43,273 nucleotides of DNA, taken from positions 1 to 43,273 of IMG/VR virus record IMGVR_UViG_3300033475_000060. One strand, written 5' to 3'. This document shows, in pieces, positions 1 through 8,951 of this stretch. The number at the start of each line of letters is the position of its first letter. Within the stretch, counting starts at the first letter, position 1. The position numbers and the translations under genes are program-made. The DNA is from a virus. Lineage: Duplodnaviria; Caudoviricetes. The notes under the pieces were generated by a model that did no database searches, was not told the DNA's origin, and saw nothing but the letters and a program-made list of their open reading frames with translations.

Positions 1-127
1 GCCGTAGCCACGGTCCAACAGCTTCTCAGCCGCGGTGATCCTGATGCGCTCGTCGTCGCTCTCAAGGCCTGCAGCGAGGACTTCGATTGCCTTGTCCGTG
101 TGCTCGCGGGCCTTGGCTGCAATGCCT
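1..127. repeat. 127-bp exact direct repeat of 43147-43273 (circular assembly overlap)
   Basis: GCCGTAGCCACGG...GCAATGCCT is identical at both ends and interrupts the terS reading frame, which is restored on circularisation. Confidence 0.97.
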
Positions 128-174
128 TTGGGGCGGCCGCCTGGGTTGCCGCTCTGACCGGGTTTGAACACCAT
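1..174 (-). CDS. terS: Terminase small subunit, 5' part (DUF5681-like); continues across the junction to 43000, 106 aa in total
   Basis: Manual translation from ATG at 174: MVFKPGQSGNPGGRPKGIAAKAREHTDKAIEVLAAGLESDDERIRITAAEKLLDRGYG...; FKPGQSGNPGGRPK motif; directly upstream of terL. Missing from the ORF track. Confidence 0.85.
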   Translation of the reverse strand, partial: MVFKPGQSGNPGGRPKGIAAKAREHTDKAIEVLAAGLESDDERIRITAAEKLLDRGYG

Positions 175-341
175 TGATCAGACCTTGTTTTCAATGCTGG
201 CTGAACGATGCGACTGCGTTACCGCTTGGTCGCTGATGTGTGGGTGGACTGGCGGGCCGGGGGGATGCCGCTTATGGAACACGATATGAAGCTTGAGCCG
301 AACGTCCCCTTCGGCTTCGTGCTCATACCCGCCAGAAATGC

Positions 342-366
342 AAAAGCCCCAACTTTCGCCGGGGCC
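342..366 (-). terminator. Intrinsic terminator upstream of the late operon (tR'-like)
   Basis: Minus strand GGCCCCGGC-GAAA-GTTGGGGC-TTTTG between 420..974 and terS. Confidence 0.6.
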
Positions 367-419
367 TGTGCGGCGCAAAGCGCCAACATATGTGTTTGTC
401 GCCAATCGGCCCGACATTG

Positions 420-974
420 TCAAGCGGCCCTGCGACTTAGCCCCCATAGTTCAGCCAATCGGTCGAGATCGAACAGCGCATCGTCGGTGAGCTGACGGAC
501 ACGACGATCATTGGTTCGGCCTGACGAGGCCTTGGGCGCGTAATCGCTGACGGGGATGCACAGCACCAACAACGCCACAAGACGATTGAACATGGCCTTG
601 TCGTACTGCTCGGCCTGCTCGAGGCGCCAGGTTCGATCGATCTTGGCAGCCATACCGCTGTCGTGGGCAATGGGGGACGTATCCACGATTACCCGGCTCG
701 CGTCGAGGGCTGGATTGCCGGCACCATAGCGGGCCTCGTAAAGTGCCTTAAACTGCTCTGCTGCGGCCTCGTGATGTTGCTCCCGCCTGCGGATGAAGCA
801 CAAGGCGCCGATGCGCTCGACAGCGTTCTCCTGCACCCACACGCGGCCGATCGATAGACGAGGCTCCTGCCCTGCCGCTTCGGCCCGCTCGCGCTCCACG
901 TTCTTCTGGTGCAGGAACTCGGCATCCGTCATCATCGGATCCGGCACCATTCGATTGCGTATCTGTCGCCTCAT
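420..974 (-). CDS. Putative late-transcription regulator (Q-position; DUF6456-like)
   Basis: Last early gene before terS; helical 184-aa protein; function inferred from position and loose family resemblance. Confidence 0.5.
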   Translation of the reverse strand: MRRQIRNRMVPDPMMTDAEFLHQKNVERERAEAAGQEPRLSIGRVWVQENAVERIGALCFIRRREQHHEAAAEQFKALYEARYGAGNPALDASRVIVDTSPIAHDSGMAAKIDRTWRLEQAEQYDKAMFNRLVALLVLCIPVSDYAPKASSGRTNDRRVRQLTDDALFDLDRLAELWGLSRRAA

Positions 975-996
975 CAGTGTCCCCTGTAGTTGGAGG

Positions 997-1353
997 TTAG
1001 TTCACGACCCGCAATCCGTGCGGGTTTGGATGGTCGATTGGCTTGGCCTGCTTCTCCATCTTCATCGATACCCACTCGTCAAACTCCGTGGGCGTGAACT
1101 CGACTGACCATCCGTCTGCCACTGCCATGCGTCGAAGCGTCTCTCGGTTGACGGAATGCACCATGATCTCGATCTCTGCCTCGGTTCCCGAGCGCATGCG
1201 CTGCCAGATTCCGCCCGCCTCGTAGCCGTGAACATACGATGCCGACTGGTCTTCAAAGCTGACCAGCAGCCCATATTCGGATTTCTCATCATTCTCGCTC
1301 ACGGTTGTTCCTCTTGGTTTGATGGGGTGGCAGGCGCAGATCGAAACCGCCAC
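997..1353 (-). CDS. Hypothetical phage protein (likely GTG start near 1302)
   Basis: ORF co-oriented in the early operon; GAGG RBS before GTG. Confidence 0.65.
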   Translation of the reverse strand: MAVSICACHPIKPRGTTVSENDEKSEYGLLVSFEDQSASYVHGYEAGGIWQRMRSGTEAEIEIMVHSVNRETLRRMAVADGWSVEFTPTEFDEWVSMKMEKQAKPIDHPNPHGLRVVN

Positions 1354-1453
1354 TTTCCGTCCTTGATCCGTATTGGGCTGCTGCGTATCGCCCGCTCTAG
1401 CGCCTGCATCTCTTTCCTAACGGAGGCCGAAAGCATCTTTGCTAGTTCGCCGC

Positions 1454-1657
1454 TCATCCCCCCTCTCCCTCTTCCTTGGATTGAAGGATGGATTGGAGCA
1501 TGAACGCGGCAACAAAACCTACCGTCGCTGCGATGAGGTCGCCGGCGATCGTATGTTTGGAAACAACACCCACTGCCGTTACCGCGAAGAGCGATCCGGC
1601 CAGCGACAGTCTCGCGCGCTCCAGCCTCTCCAGCATGTTCTCCTCCTTTGATGTCAT
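1454..1657 (-). CDS. Small two-TM membrane protein
   Basis: Two hydrophobic segments; ATGA-coupled to upstream ORF. Confidence 0.6.
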   Translation of the reverse strand: MTSKEENMLERLERARLSLAGSLFAVTAVGVVSKHTIAGDLIAATVGFVAAFMLQSILQSKEEGEGG

Positions 1658-1914
1658 GCCGGCCTCCGAATGTTTAAAGCGATGGACTGGGCAGTAAGCC
1701 TGATCGCCGTGTTGCCATCCAGTGTGGTGTTGCCATCAGCATGTGCTTCAGCAGCCTTCGCTGCCCGCTCACGCTCAGCTAGGATGCCGGTGACTACGGC
1801 GCCAACCTGATCCTCGAACGCCACGAGCAGACCTGCGCCGGTCGCGTTCATGTAAGCGTCAAGAGCCGCAATTGCCGCCTGGCGCACATCCTCCGGTATC
1901 TCTGTCTCAGCCAT
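1654..1914 (-). CDS. Hypothetical phage protein
   Basis: Start/stop coupling with both neighbours; ILAERERAAKAAE motif common in rhizobial-type phages. Confidence 0.7.
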   Translation of the reverse strand: MAETEIPEDVRQAAIAALDAYMNATGAGLLVAFEDQVGAVVTGILAERERAAKAAEAHADGNTTLDGNTAIRLTAQSIALNIRRPA

Positions 1915-2126
1915 CAGTTAGACTCCGGGGGTTGGGGGATCAGCGCAGCACCAGCGGCGTCGTACTGTTCGCCGGTCATGAACTCGAAGCGGCGACGTTG
2001 CTTCGCGTAGGCTGCCTTGCGAAATCCAGCATCGTCCTCCCGGAACGCGTCATCGAGCGTATCGATGTCGTCCAGCAGCTTCCAAAGTCGGCGTGCCACC
2101 TCTCGCCAGTCTGTTGTCTCGCTCAT
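1914..2126 (-). CDS. Hypothetical protein (MSETTDWREVARRLWKLLDDIDT...)
   Basis: ATG at 2126 after AGAGGAAAG RBS. Confidence 0.7.
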   Translation of the reverse strand: MSETTDWREVARRLWKLLDDIDTLDDAFREDDAGFRKAAYAKQRRRFEFMTGEQYDAAGAALIPQPPESN

Positions 2127-2149
2127 GGTATCTTTCCTCTTGTTGGGGG

Positions 2150-2992
2150 TTAGGCGGCTTGGGTGAGAAGTTGGCTTGGGACGACGCAACCAGCTTCGCC
2201 CGGCCGCGGTCCGTAGGTCTGTCGCTGCCATTCACCGGTCGCCCGGTACTGCTCGAGGATCAGGCTCCAACGCTCGAGAGGCCATGAAGCGAGCTTCGTC
2301 AGCGGATCCGGCGTTGCTCGCTCGAGAGTGCCAAGCCGACGTTTCCGGTATTCCTCAATCTGCGGAACGAAGTAGCTCCACGTCCTGGCGCTCGGGTTCG
2401 GCTTCGAACGCAGTGCCGGCAGAATGTCGAGCTCGAGGTCACAACCGGCGTCGATGAGCGTGTAGACCGGACCTGGAAAGGCGAGGGCCGGATTGGGGTT
2501 GCCCCGAATGCCAGCGGCATCGAGCAGCCTGTCCGTCAAATCTGGCGCGCGCGCAGGCTCCAGACGCTGAGCTATCGGTTCTATATCTTTCTGGTATCTG
2601 GTATCTGGAAGATGCTGTGGCAAAGGCTTAGCATTTGCTAAACGCGCCTCTTTATCTTTCAAGGCCTTAGCCTTGCCACCCTCTGCCCCGGCGGAAGCTC
2701 TCGAATGAGATTTCCCCTCGCTTTTTTGTAGCTCTTTTGTCAGTCGGTTGTGACGGACGGCACCGTCAACCAGGTCGAAGAACGTCATCATGTCAGGGGC
2801 GACGGCACGCCATTTCTTCACCGACATGCGGACAATTCGAGCTAGCTTGGCTTCATCGTCCGGCAGAGACCCGCCGGCATTCCACATTGCCATCAGCAGA
2901 AGCAGGTAAGCTCCGACCTGCTCGGTGCTGAGGTGTAGAGTGTCCCCGATGAAGTCGGACACGTAGAGCTGCATAAATGGGCGTTCGCTCAC
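2150..2992 (-). CDS. Replication initiator, YdaU/DUF1376 family
   Basis: N-terminal PFMQLYVSDFIGDTLHLSTEQVGAYLLLLMAMW...LPDDEAKLARI signature; coupled to dnaB. Confidence 0.85.
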   Translation of the reverse strand: MSERPFMQLYVSDFIGDTLHLSTEQVGAYLLLLMAMWNAGGSLPDDEAKLARIVRMSVKKWRAVAPDMMTFFDLVDGAVRHNRLTKELQKSEGKSHSRASAGAEGGKAKALKDKEARLANAKPLPQHLPDTRYQKDIEPIAQRLEPARAPDLTDRLLDAAGIRGNPNPALAFPGPVYTLIDAGCDLELDILPALRSKPNPSARTWSYFVPQIEEYRKRRLGTLERATPDPLTKLASWPLERWSLILEQYRATGEWQRQTYGPRPGEAGCVVPSQLLTQAA

Positions 2993-4410
2993 ATCGCCCT
3001 CGCTACGTTGCGCACGGCGTTGTGCGGCATGGAGGCGAACACCTCGACGGTGCGCGTGGCACCCTGGCGCTGCTTGGCAACGTTGATCTCGAGCATGTTG
3101 CGCACGAACTGCAGTCGCTCCATGCGGGCCATGTCTTTGTCGGGGTCGGTCTCTTTGGCGCGCTCGAGGTAGTAGGCTTCGCGATAGAGCAGGATCACGG
3201 TGTCCGCGTCCTCTTCGATGCGGCCGGACTCGCGCAGGTCTGAAAGCATCGGGCGCTTATTGTCTCGGCTTTCGACGCCGCGCGACAACTGGCACAGCAG
3301 CAGCACCGGCACCTGCATATCCTTCGCCATCTGGCGCAGCGCCGTGGTCATGGCGCCTAGCTCGAGGTGGCGGCTGCCGGCGTAACGGTCGGATGCAGCG
3401 ATCAGGCCTAGATGGTCAATGCAGATCAGCCCCAGCTTGGCCCCGCGCTTCTCCAGCGTCTTGCGGCCGCTCTTTGCTCGAGCGACAATCTGCGACACAG
3501 TGAGTCCGGCCTGATCGTCGATCAGCAGCGGATAGTCTCGCAGCTTCACCTCGGCTTCGATCAGGCGATCTACGCCCTCTTCCGGAAGGTTGCCGTCGCG
3601 GATGTCGGCGTAGGAGATCGGGGCGCGCCAGCCATCGAAGCACAGATCGGCCATAGCGCGTTGCCCAACCGACATCGCTCCCATCTCGAGCGAGAAGAAC
3701 AACACGCCATCACCGTGCTTGGCGGCGTGGAGGCACGTCGAAAGCCCTACTGTGGTCTTGCCCATCGACGGGCGAGCCGCAAGGATCGTGAGGTCGCCTG
3801 GATAGAGCTTCGTCACCTTGTCCAGATCGGCAAGGCCCCACGACAGCCCAATCTCGACACCATGCAAGTGTCGCTCTTCGGCAGTCTCTCGAGCGAGCCT
3901 CGCCGCATCACCGGCCATCGAACGCGTGGAGCGCTTCGGCCCCGACGACGCGATGGCGTCCAGATCCGAGATGAACGTGTTGGCAATCTCTTCCGGCGCC
4001 CCGGCAATGAAGCCCTGCCCTGCCCGCTCGCGAAGATGGTTCGCCGCGGCAATCAGCCGGCGATAGTTAGCCGACTCCGCTACGATCCTGGCATAGTCGG
4101 GCGCATTGAGAACTGTTGTGGTTTCAGACGCCAGCAAGGCGATGTATTGACCGGTCGTCATGCCTTCGAACAGCTTGACCTTGGCGTCGTCACCAAGCAC
4201 GGCCTTTACCAGGCCGACATCGATGCGCCGCCCTTCTGCTCGAGCGCGAATGAACGCATCGAATATCTGGACGTGGACCGGTTCGGAAAAGTCTTCGGCG
4301 TTGACCACGCCGTCGATCACGTCCAGCACGTCTGAATTGATAAGGCACGCCCCGATCAGGGCCTGCTCGGTTTCGAGGTTGACCACGGCAGAAGGGAGCA
4401 ACTGGTTCAT
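2989..4410 (-). CDS. dnaB: DnaB-like replicative helicase
   Basis: EQALIG N-domain, Walker A AARPSMGKT, FFSLEM, IDHL, QLSRGVESR, LSDLRESGRIEEDAD, AKQRQG. Confidence 0.96.
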   Translation of the reverse strand: MNQLLPSAVVNLETEQALIGACLINSDVLDVIDGVVNAEDFSEPVHVQIFDAFIRARAEGRRIDVGLVKAVLGDDAKVKLFEGMTTGQYIALLASETTTVLNAPDYARIVAESANYRRLIAAANHLRERAGQGFIAGAPEEIANTFISDLDAIASSGPKRSTRSMAGDAARLARETAEERHLHGVEIGLSWGLADLDKVTKLYPGDLTILAARPSMGKTTVGLSTCLHAAKHGDGVLFFSLEMGAMSVGQRAMADLCFDGWRAPISYADIRDGNLPEEGVDRLIEAEVKLRDYPLLIDDQAGLTVSQIVARAKSGRKTLEKRGAKLGLICIDHLGLIAASDRYAGSRHLELGAMTTALRQMAKDMQVPVLLLCQLSRGVESRDNKRPMLSDLRESGRIEEDADTVILLYREAYYLERAKETDPDKDMARMERLQFVRNMLEINVAKQRQGATRTVEVFASMPHNAVRNVARAM

Positions 4411-4589
4411 AGCCCACCCTTCGCGCATGCCTCAAGGAATTGCCGATAGGCCTTTCCCGCAGCAATGCCGTCCTCAATGCGCAAAGTCTCTTTTGACTTG
4501 AGCATCGCGCTCTTGAAGCGCTCCCAAGCGTCCTCGACAGTTTCCTGCCGGCGCTTGACTGCCTCGCCGATGTTGACCACTTCGCCCAT
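4407..4589 (-). CDS. Hypothetical 60-aa protein (MGEVVNIGEAVKRR...)
   Basis: CAGGA RBS before ATG 4589; ATGA-coupled to dnaB. Confidence 0.65.
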   Translation of the reverse strand: MGEVVNIGEAVKRRQETVEDAWERFKSAMLKSKETLRIEDGIAAGKAYRQFLEACAKGGL

Positions 4590-4677
4590 TGTCGTCCTGT
4601 GGAAAATCACTGCATCTAGATTACCAAGTGGGACCGCCAAACCCGCAGAGAATATCGGCGAAGCACGCGCACAAGCC

Positions 4678-5292
4678 CTAAAAACAGCACTCGTCTGTGG
4701 GTAGTGTTGAAAGCGGGGGAAACTCTGCTTTCGCCTTGCGCAGCTCGATCTCGTCGAGGATCCACTTCGCGACCGCCAACTGGCTCCCCCTGACCGACCG
4801 GCTGATCGCATCGGGGCTCCTGCCGTGGTTGAAGTACAGGTCGATGGCCTCAGCCCGCTTCCGGTTCCGCACGACCGCGTAGTAGCCATTGATGGCGTTC
4901 ATTGCCGGTGCTGCTTCGGGATGCGCCTTGACGTACCTGCGCACGGAATTGAGGATGGTGGTGTGGTCGCGGCCGCCGAGAAACCGGCCCGCCATGGGGA
5001 GCGACATGCCCAGCTCTACGACGATCCGGTAGGCGGCTTCGTGCCTCGCCTGGCAAATCACCTTGGCGCGGCTTGGGCCAAAAATCTCCGCCCGCTTGAC
5101 ACCATGTTTGTTGGCGACCTGCTCCATAATGTCGACTGCAGTTCGCCTTGGTGTGCGGATAGGCACAACTACGGCCGGCGGTGGCGCGACGGCTTTCACA
5201 GGGATGACAGCCAGACGATCCCCGCGCCCCATCATCAGGCGCCGGCGAGCTGCGACTGCCCGCTCCCGCATTGACGCTTCAATCGGCCCCAT
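4678..5292 (-). CDS. DnaA C-terminal (domain IV) HTH-containing protein
   Basis: IMEQVANKHGVKRAEIFGPSR...ARHEA...MSLPMAGRFLGGRDHTTILNSVRR matches the Bac_DnaA_C signature. Confidence 0.85.
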   Translation of the reverse strand: MGPIEASMRERAVAARRRLMMGRGDRLAVIPVKAVAPPPAVVVPIRTPRRTAVDIMEQVANKHGVKRAEIFGPSRAKVICQARHEAAYRIVVELGMSLPMAGRFLGGRDHTTILNSVRRYVKAHPEAAPAMNAINGYYAVVRNRKRAEAIDLYFNHGRSPDAISRSVRGSQLAVAKWILDEIELRKAKAEFPPLSTLPTDECCF

Positions 5293-5413
5293 TACTTTGT
5301 CCTCCTCTTCACAGCCGCGAGCAACTTCTGCTTGTTCGAGCGGCCATAGTGCTTGTTGATTGCGGTGCGGAGCTTCTTGGGCAGGCCCACTCCCCTGCCA
5401 TCTGAATTGGGGG

Positions 5414-6181
5414 TCATATGGGGAATGCCTCCTGCTTCATGGGCTTGGGAGGAGCAACGAACATGTCGGCCTGGAGCAATGCGTCAGCGATGCGTGAGCA
5501 TGCGAGATCGAAGTAGGTCTCGTTCAACTCAACGCCGACGAACTTTCGGCCCATGCGAACGGCGGCAACTCCAGTCGTTCCAGACCCCATGAACGGGTCG
5601 CAGATTGTCTGCCCCTCATTCGAGAACAGCCCGACGAGCTCACGCATCAGCGGCACCGGCTTTTCAGTCGGGTGCTTGCCGGTGCGTTCAGCGCTGTTGG
5701 TAAGGTGGGTAAACACCCCGCGCTTGCCGCCGCCGTTCCAGTTGGCGTGCCCTTTTCCGCACCACGTGGTGGTAATGCACTCATAGGACAGCGCTGGGCC
5801 TTGCCCGTTCAGTTTCGGAGTCGCGTCCGGCTTATTCCAGATGCAGGTGGTCTTGAACTTCAGGTTGTGAGCCAGAATGGCCGCTTGCCACTCTCCAACG
5901 CCTTCGACATTGCAAAAGGCAAGCAACCAGCCCTTATTGAGCCGTTTGACTTGGTCAAGAAACGGCTCTCTGATATCCTGCACGGACTGAAAGTCGAGCG
6001 CCTGACGTTGCGGCCCGCCGTCAGTGCGGCGCAGTTTGAACTCACCGTGGAGAGCCTGCATTCGCTGCTCATAGGGCGGATCTGTGATGAAGTGGTCGAC
6101 CGGAGCCAAAGTCGGCAGCACGTCAAGGCAATCTCCGAGCCACAGCTCCACGCCTTCCGCCAAATGCTCGACGCGGCTCAT
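5414..6181 (-). CDS. DNA methyltransferase, N6-adenine/N4-cytosine (beta class)
   Basis: GDCLDVL, TDPPY, HPTEKP, DPFMGSGTTG motifs in beta order; ATG at 6181. Confidence 0.93.
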   Translation of the reverse strand: MSRVEHLAEGVELWLGDCLDVLPTLAPVDHFITDPPYEQRMQALHGEFKLRRTDGGPQRQALDFQSVQDIREPFLDQVKRLNKGWLLAFCNVEGVGEWQAAILAHNLKFKTTCIWNKPDATPKLNGQGPALSYECITTTWCGKGHANWNGGGKRGVFTHLTNSAERTGKHPTEKPVPLMRELVGLFSNEGQTICDPFMGSGTTGVAAVRMGRKFVGVELNETYFDLACSRIADALLQADMFVAPPKPMKQEAFPI

Positions 6182-6414
6182 TTCCCACCCCTCAGCTTCG
6201 GCCATTCCCGGATGAACTGCTCGTGGAAGGCGTCTGCTTCTGCTTTGCGCTGAGCGGGGCTTGTGACGGCCGCATACACAGCCAGTTGGCAGTTGATGCT
6301 GGCGCGTCGGTTGGCTTCCTGGCGCTGTGCCTCTGTGGCTTCACGCTTGGTGGGATAGACGTAGCGTAGCTCTTTGTGGGGGGCGGGCTTGGGACGGAAG
6401 AACGGGAAGTTCAT
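6178..6414 (-). CDS. Hypothetical protein
   Basis: AAAGGA RBS; ATGA overlap with the MTase. Confidence 0.6.
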   Translation of the reverse strand: MNFPFFRPKPAPHKELRYVYPTKREATEAQRQEANRRASINCQLAVYAAVTSPAQRKAEADAFHEQFIREWPKLRGGK

Positions 6415-6480
6415 GCTATCCAATCCTTTCTCTCGGGCTCTCGTACCCAGACCTGCGGATCACGCGGCGGGCTCATTTCC

Positions 6481-6858
6481 TCAGCGTCGGCCACCAGTTG
6501 CTTCGCGGAGTCCTTCCACTTGGTCGTGATGGAATTCCTCGTCGCTCGCGAAAAGTGCTGCTTCCAAGCGAGCAATGCGCGCCTGTAAATCCTGAAGATC
6601 ATTGCGGTTGGCCTCCTCGATCTTGCTCTGTCGCAGCGCTTCGATCGCTGCCATCTCGTCTGCGCGCACCCGCACGCCGAATTCGTTCTGGTAGAGGGAG
6701 CGGATGCGCCTGTGGCCCATCTGCAGGTGGCCAGCGAGCCGGGCTATGCGCCCCTTGTGGTTCAAGCTTGGCCAGCGATGGACGGCGTAGTCCCGCAGGA
6801 TGATCTGCGCGGTATCACTCATTTTCTGACGCTCGGTTTTGGAAGAGAAATCCAGCAA
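6481..6858 (-). CDS. CII-position putative transcriptional regulator
   Basis: Basic helical HTH-like segment (ARLAGHLQMGHRRIRSLYQNE) plus C-terminal coiled coil; lies between cro cluster and replication genes. Confidence 0.55.
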   Translation of the reverse strand: MLDFSSKTERQKMSDTAQIILRDYAVHRWPSLNHKGRIARLAGHLQMGHRRIRSLYQNEFGVRVRADEMAAIEALRQSKIEEANRNDLQDLQARIARLEAALFASDEEFHHDQVEGLREATGGRR

Positions 6859-6971
6859 TTCGGCCTCCGTGGTCGGTACGTTTTGGGACGTAGCGAACGG
6901 AGACCGACAAATGGCTTGGAAGCAGATCAGCGAGTGCTTGCCGGCGGAGCTGACTGCCAGGATGGAATTGG

Positions 6972-6999
6972 AAAAGGCCGGAGCCGCGAAGGCCCCGGC
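6972..6999 (-). terminator. tR1-like intrinsic terminator
   Basis: Minus strand GCCGGGGCC-TTCGC-GGCTCCGGC-CTTTT. Confidence 0.6.
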
Positions 7000-7239
7000 A
7001 AGTTGTCAGGAGACCAAGGGCGTCGAAACGCCCGCTAGCCTGCCCGCGTACAAAGATCACACGGACAGGCGCATGACGGTCGCATCCCAAAGCGGGTTGC
7101 CCCACCCGGCGGCCGTCATACGTCTGTGCGTGGATAATAGTGGCAGGACGGAGCCGGGAGGGAACGTCCCCGTCCTGCCTTTCGCTCAAACCTCGTTGCG
7201 GACAAGGCGAGCAAACTTGAAACTGGTGAGTGGTTAGGG

Positions 7240-7527
7240 TCATGCGTCGACCCCTTCCGGCACGTCTAGGAGGCGTTCGAAGTGGACCGCCATGTCGTGT
7301 TCAAGGGTGATGAGAGGGCGGAAGCGGGAGACGTACCAACCGCAGTCCTGATCGCGATCCTCGACGAGGCTAACGTAGCCAGTCACCCCGTCGCTGTCGG
7401 TCCTGGAAATGGTGTATGTCTCTCCAGCGACAACAGCGTTGCCGTGCGGATCAGTTGCCCCGTCCACGCACATGACCTTCGCGCCCACCCGGGCCCAGCT
7501 TGGGATCCCGCTCACAGCCATCCCCAT
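7240..7527 (-). CDS. Hypothetical SH3-like small protein
   Basis: VGAKVMCVD...GETYTI...SRFRPL pattern; co-oriented in operon. Confidence 0.65.
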   Translation of the reverse strand: MGMAVSGIPSWARVGAKVMCVDGATDPHGNAVVAGETYTISRTDSDGVTGYVSLVEDRDQDCGWYVSRFRPLITLEHDMAVHFERLLDVPEGVDA

Positions 7528-7612
7528 GCTCTACCGATGAGGACGGCAATGATCGCCCATGTCGCCAATGAGGCGGCTGTGGCAATGGTCAGCATCTTGG
7601 CGCGGAGGGTCA

Positions 7613-8191
7613 TCATGCGACGGCCCTGCGCCACGATGGCACGACCATGTGCGTAGCGGGGTTCGCGATGACTTCCTCAAGCCGCGCAAAATCCTCCGCA
7701 GACGGAGAGATCGTCATTCCAGGCCAATCCGGGTGCCGCCCTTCCCACCGGTACATGATGCCGCGAATATCGTCGGGGCGTTCTTTCCCCGACTTGCGCT
7801 CTGCCCAACCAAGCCTGTGGGAGTAGCTACACCGCAGCCGCTTCTCTGGATGACGCGCCCAATGAGCAGCCTTCTTCCCCAGCTTGTACCGAGTGCCGCC
7901 GAGATCTACGGCCTTCGCCAGCGGCACGCCGTCCAACAGCTTCTGCATAAGGTCGGTCAACCGTTGGTCTGCCCGGAACCACTCGCGATGCGAATGAAGG
8001 TCCGCGAAGGTTTCATGGATGCTGCGTTCGGTATCAAAGTCGCCAGGGATCGTTACGACGATCTCAAGCGGCTCTGGCGCCCACGTGGACAGGTTTTCCA
8101 GTCGCTGCAGCGGCACTCCAGAGCAACCGATCTTGACCGGCCCTGCCGCGCCTACTGGCTTCATGAAGTAGACGTACTTGGTGTTGCTCAT
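7613..8191 (-). CDS. T5orf172/MUG113-type GIY-YIG domain protein
   Basis: YVYFM..GPVKIGCS..QRLENL..ERSIHETF..REWF; ATGA-coupled to cro. Confidence 0.85.
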   Translation of the reverse strand: MSNTKYVYFMKPVGAAGPVKIGCSGVPLQRLENLSTWAPEPLEIVVTIPGDFDTERSIHETFADLHSHREWFRADQRLTDLMQKLLDGVPLAKAVDLGGTRYKLGKKAAHWARHPEKRLRCSYSHRLGWAERKSGKERPDDIRGIMYRWEGRHPDWPGMTISPSAEDFARLEEVIANPATHMVVPSWRRAVA

Positions 8192-8424
8192 GCCGCCACC
8201 TTTGGGCGGATGATCCCAACTGGCCATCGAGCCCCGTCCGGCCAATGATCCGAGAACCACTGAACAGCGGCATTGAAGCGCGACGTGGTGATGTCGGAAC
8301 TAGCGCGGAGAGCTGTGAGCTTTTTCTGATCGCCGAAGATGCGGCCGCTGAGCGTCTTGTCCTCGACGGGATCAACGCGCTGATATTCGTCGGCCAGTGC
8401 CAGGAGGTGTGCAATCTGAAGCAT
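8188..8424 (-). CDS. cro: Cro-like regulator
   Basis: 78 aa, divergent from the repressor across three operators; TLSGRIFGDQKKLTALR...WFSDHWP pattern. Confidence 0.75.
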   Translation of the reverse strand: MLQIAHLLALADEYQRVDPVEDKTLSGRIFGDQKKLTALRASSDITTSRFNAAVQWFSDHWPDGARWPVGIIRPKVAA

Positions 8425-8430
8425 GCCCCT

Positions 8431-8459
8431 GTTATCGGTTATTTTACCGCACTCGTCAA
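8431..8459 (-). promoter_or_regulatory. PR-like sigma70 promoter for cro
   Basis: Minus strand TTGACG-17 bp-GATAAC, 6 nt before the cro ATG; spacer holds an operator. Confidence 0.7.
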
Positions 8460-8508
8460 AGGTTTTTTTACCGATGCCTTATGACGACGCGAAGCGGTAT
8501 TTTCACCG
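8436..8508. promoter_or_regulatory. OR-like region: three CGGT-N6-ACCG operators
   Basis: CGGTTATTTTACCG 8436-8449, AGGTTTTTTTACCG 8460-8473, CGGTATTTTCACCG 8495-8508. Confidence 0.88.
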
Positions 8509-8509
8509 C

Positions 8510-8872
8510 ATGGATATGGCAAAGATTCTCAAGCGCATTGACGCGCGTATCGCCGAGCTCAGGACGAGCCGGTCTGCGGTATCCAAGAAGGCCACAGGGT
8601 CCACGGACACGATCCGCAACTGGGAACGCCGCAGCGACGACCAAGCCGCAGGAGCCACGATCCCCAAATTACAAAGTGTTGCAGATCAGCTCGGGGTGCC
8701 TCTTGACTGGCTTCTCGGCAATGGCGCCGATGATCTTGAGGAATATCTGGGCTCTAATGACGACCTGGCAGAGCTTATAGCGCTTTACCATAGGATGACG
8801 GTTGAGCAACGGAAGCAGTTTCGACAGATCGTTTCGGTGCTAGCGCCTTCCCGAGACGAAGAGCAGTCTTAA
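8510..8872 (+). CDS. cI: CI-like XRE repressor without S24 peptidase domain (about 120 aa)
   Basis: HTH SRSAVSKKATGSTDTIRNWER...KLQSVADQLGVPLDWLL; short helical C-terminus; flanked by operators. Confidence 0.85.
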   Translation: MDMAKILKRIDARIAELRTSRSAVSKKATGSTDTIRNWERRSDDQAAGATIPKLQSVADQLGVPLDWLLGNGADDLEEYLGSNDDLAELIALYHRMTVEQRKQFRQIVSVLAPSRDEEQS

Positions 8873-8933
8873 CACCTTCCGGCGTTAAGCGGCTGATCGC
8901 GGCTATAAATCGATCACGTTCAATATCTCGCAT
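8775..8933 (-). CDS. Putative SOS-inducible 52-aa antirepressor
   Basis: ATG 8933 with GAGGGG RBS and LexA box upstream; MRDIERDRFIAAISRLTPEGVKTALRLGKALAPKR resembles the repressor C-terminus. Confidence 0.6.
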   Translation of the reverse strand: MRDIERDRFIAAISRLTPEGVKTALRLGKALAPKRSVETASVAQPSSYGKAL

Positions 8934-8951
8934 CACGCCCAACCCCTCGGC

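Noticed and set aside
5414-6181. Restriction-modification system
   Set aside because: No adjacent cognate endonuclease; orphan MTases are ordinary in temperate phages
8423-8509. N-terminal extension of the repressor in the ORF track
   Set aside because: It runs through the operators and cro promoter; the start at 8510 or 8516 fits the HTH better
8869-8888. CtrA site (two TTAA)
   Set aside because: Half-sites are 12 bp apart, not 7
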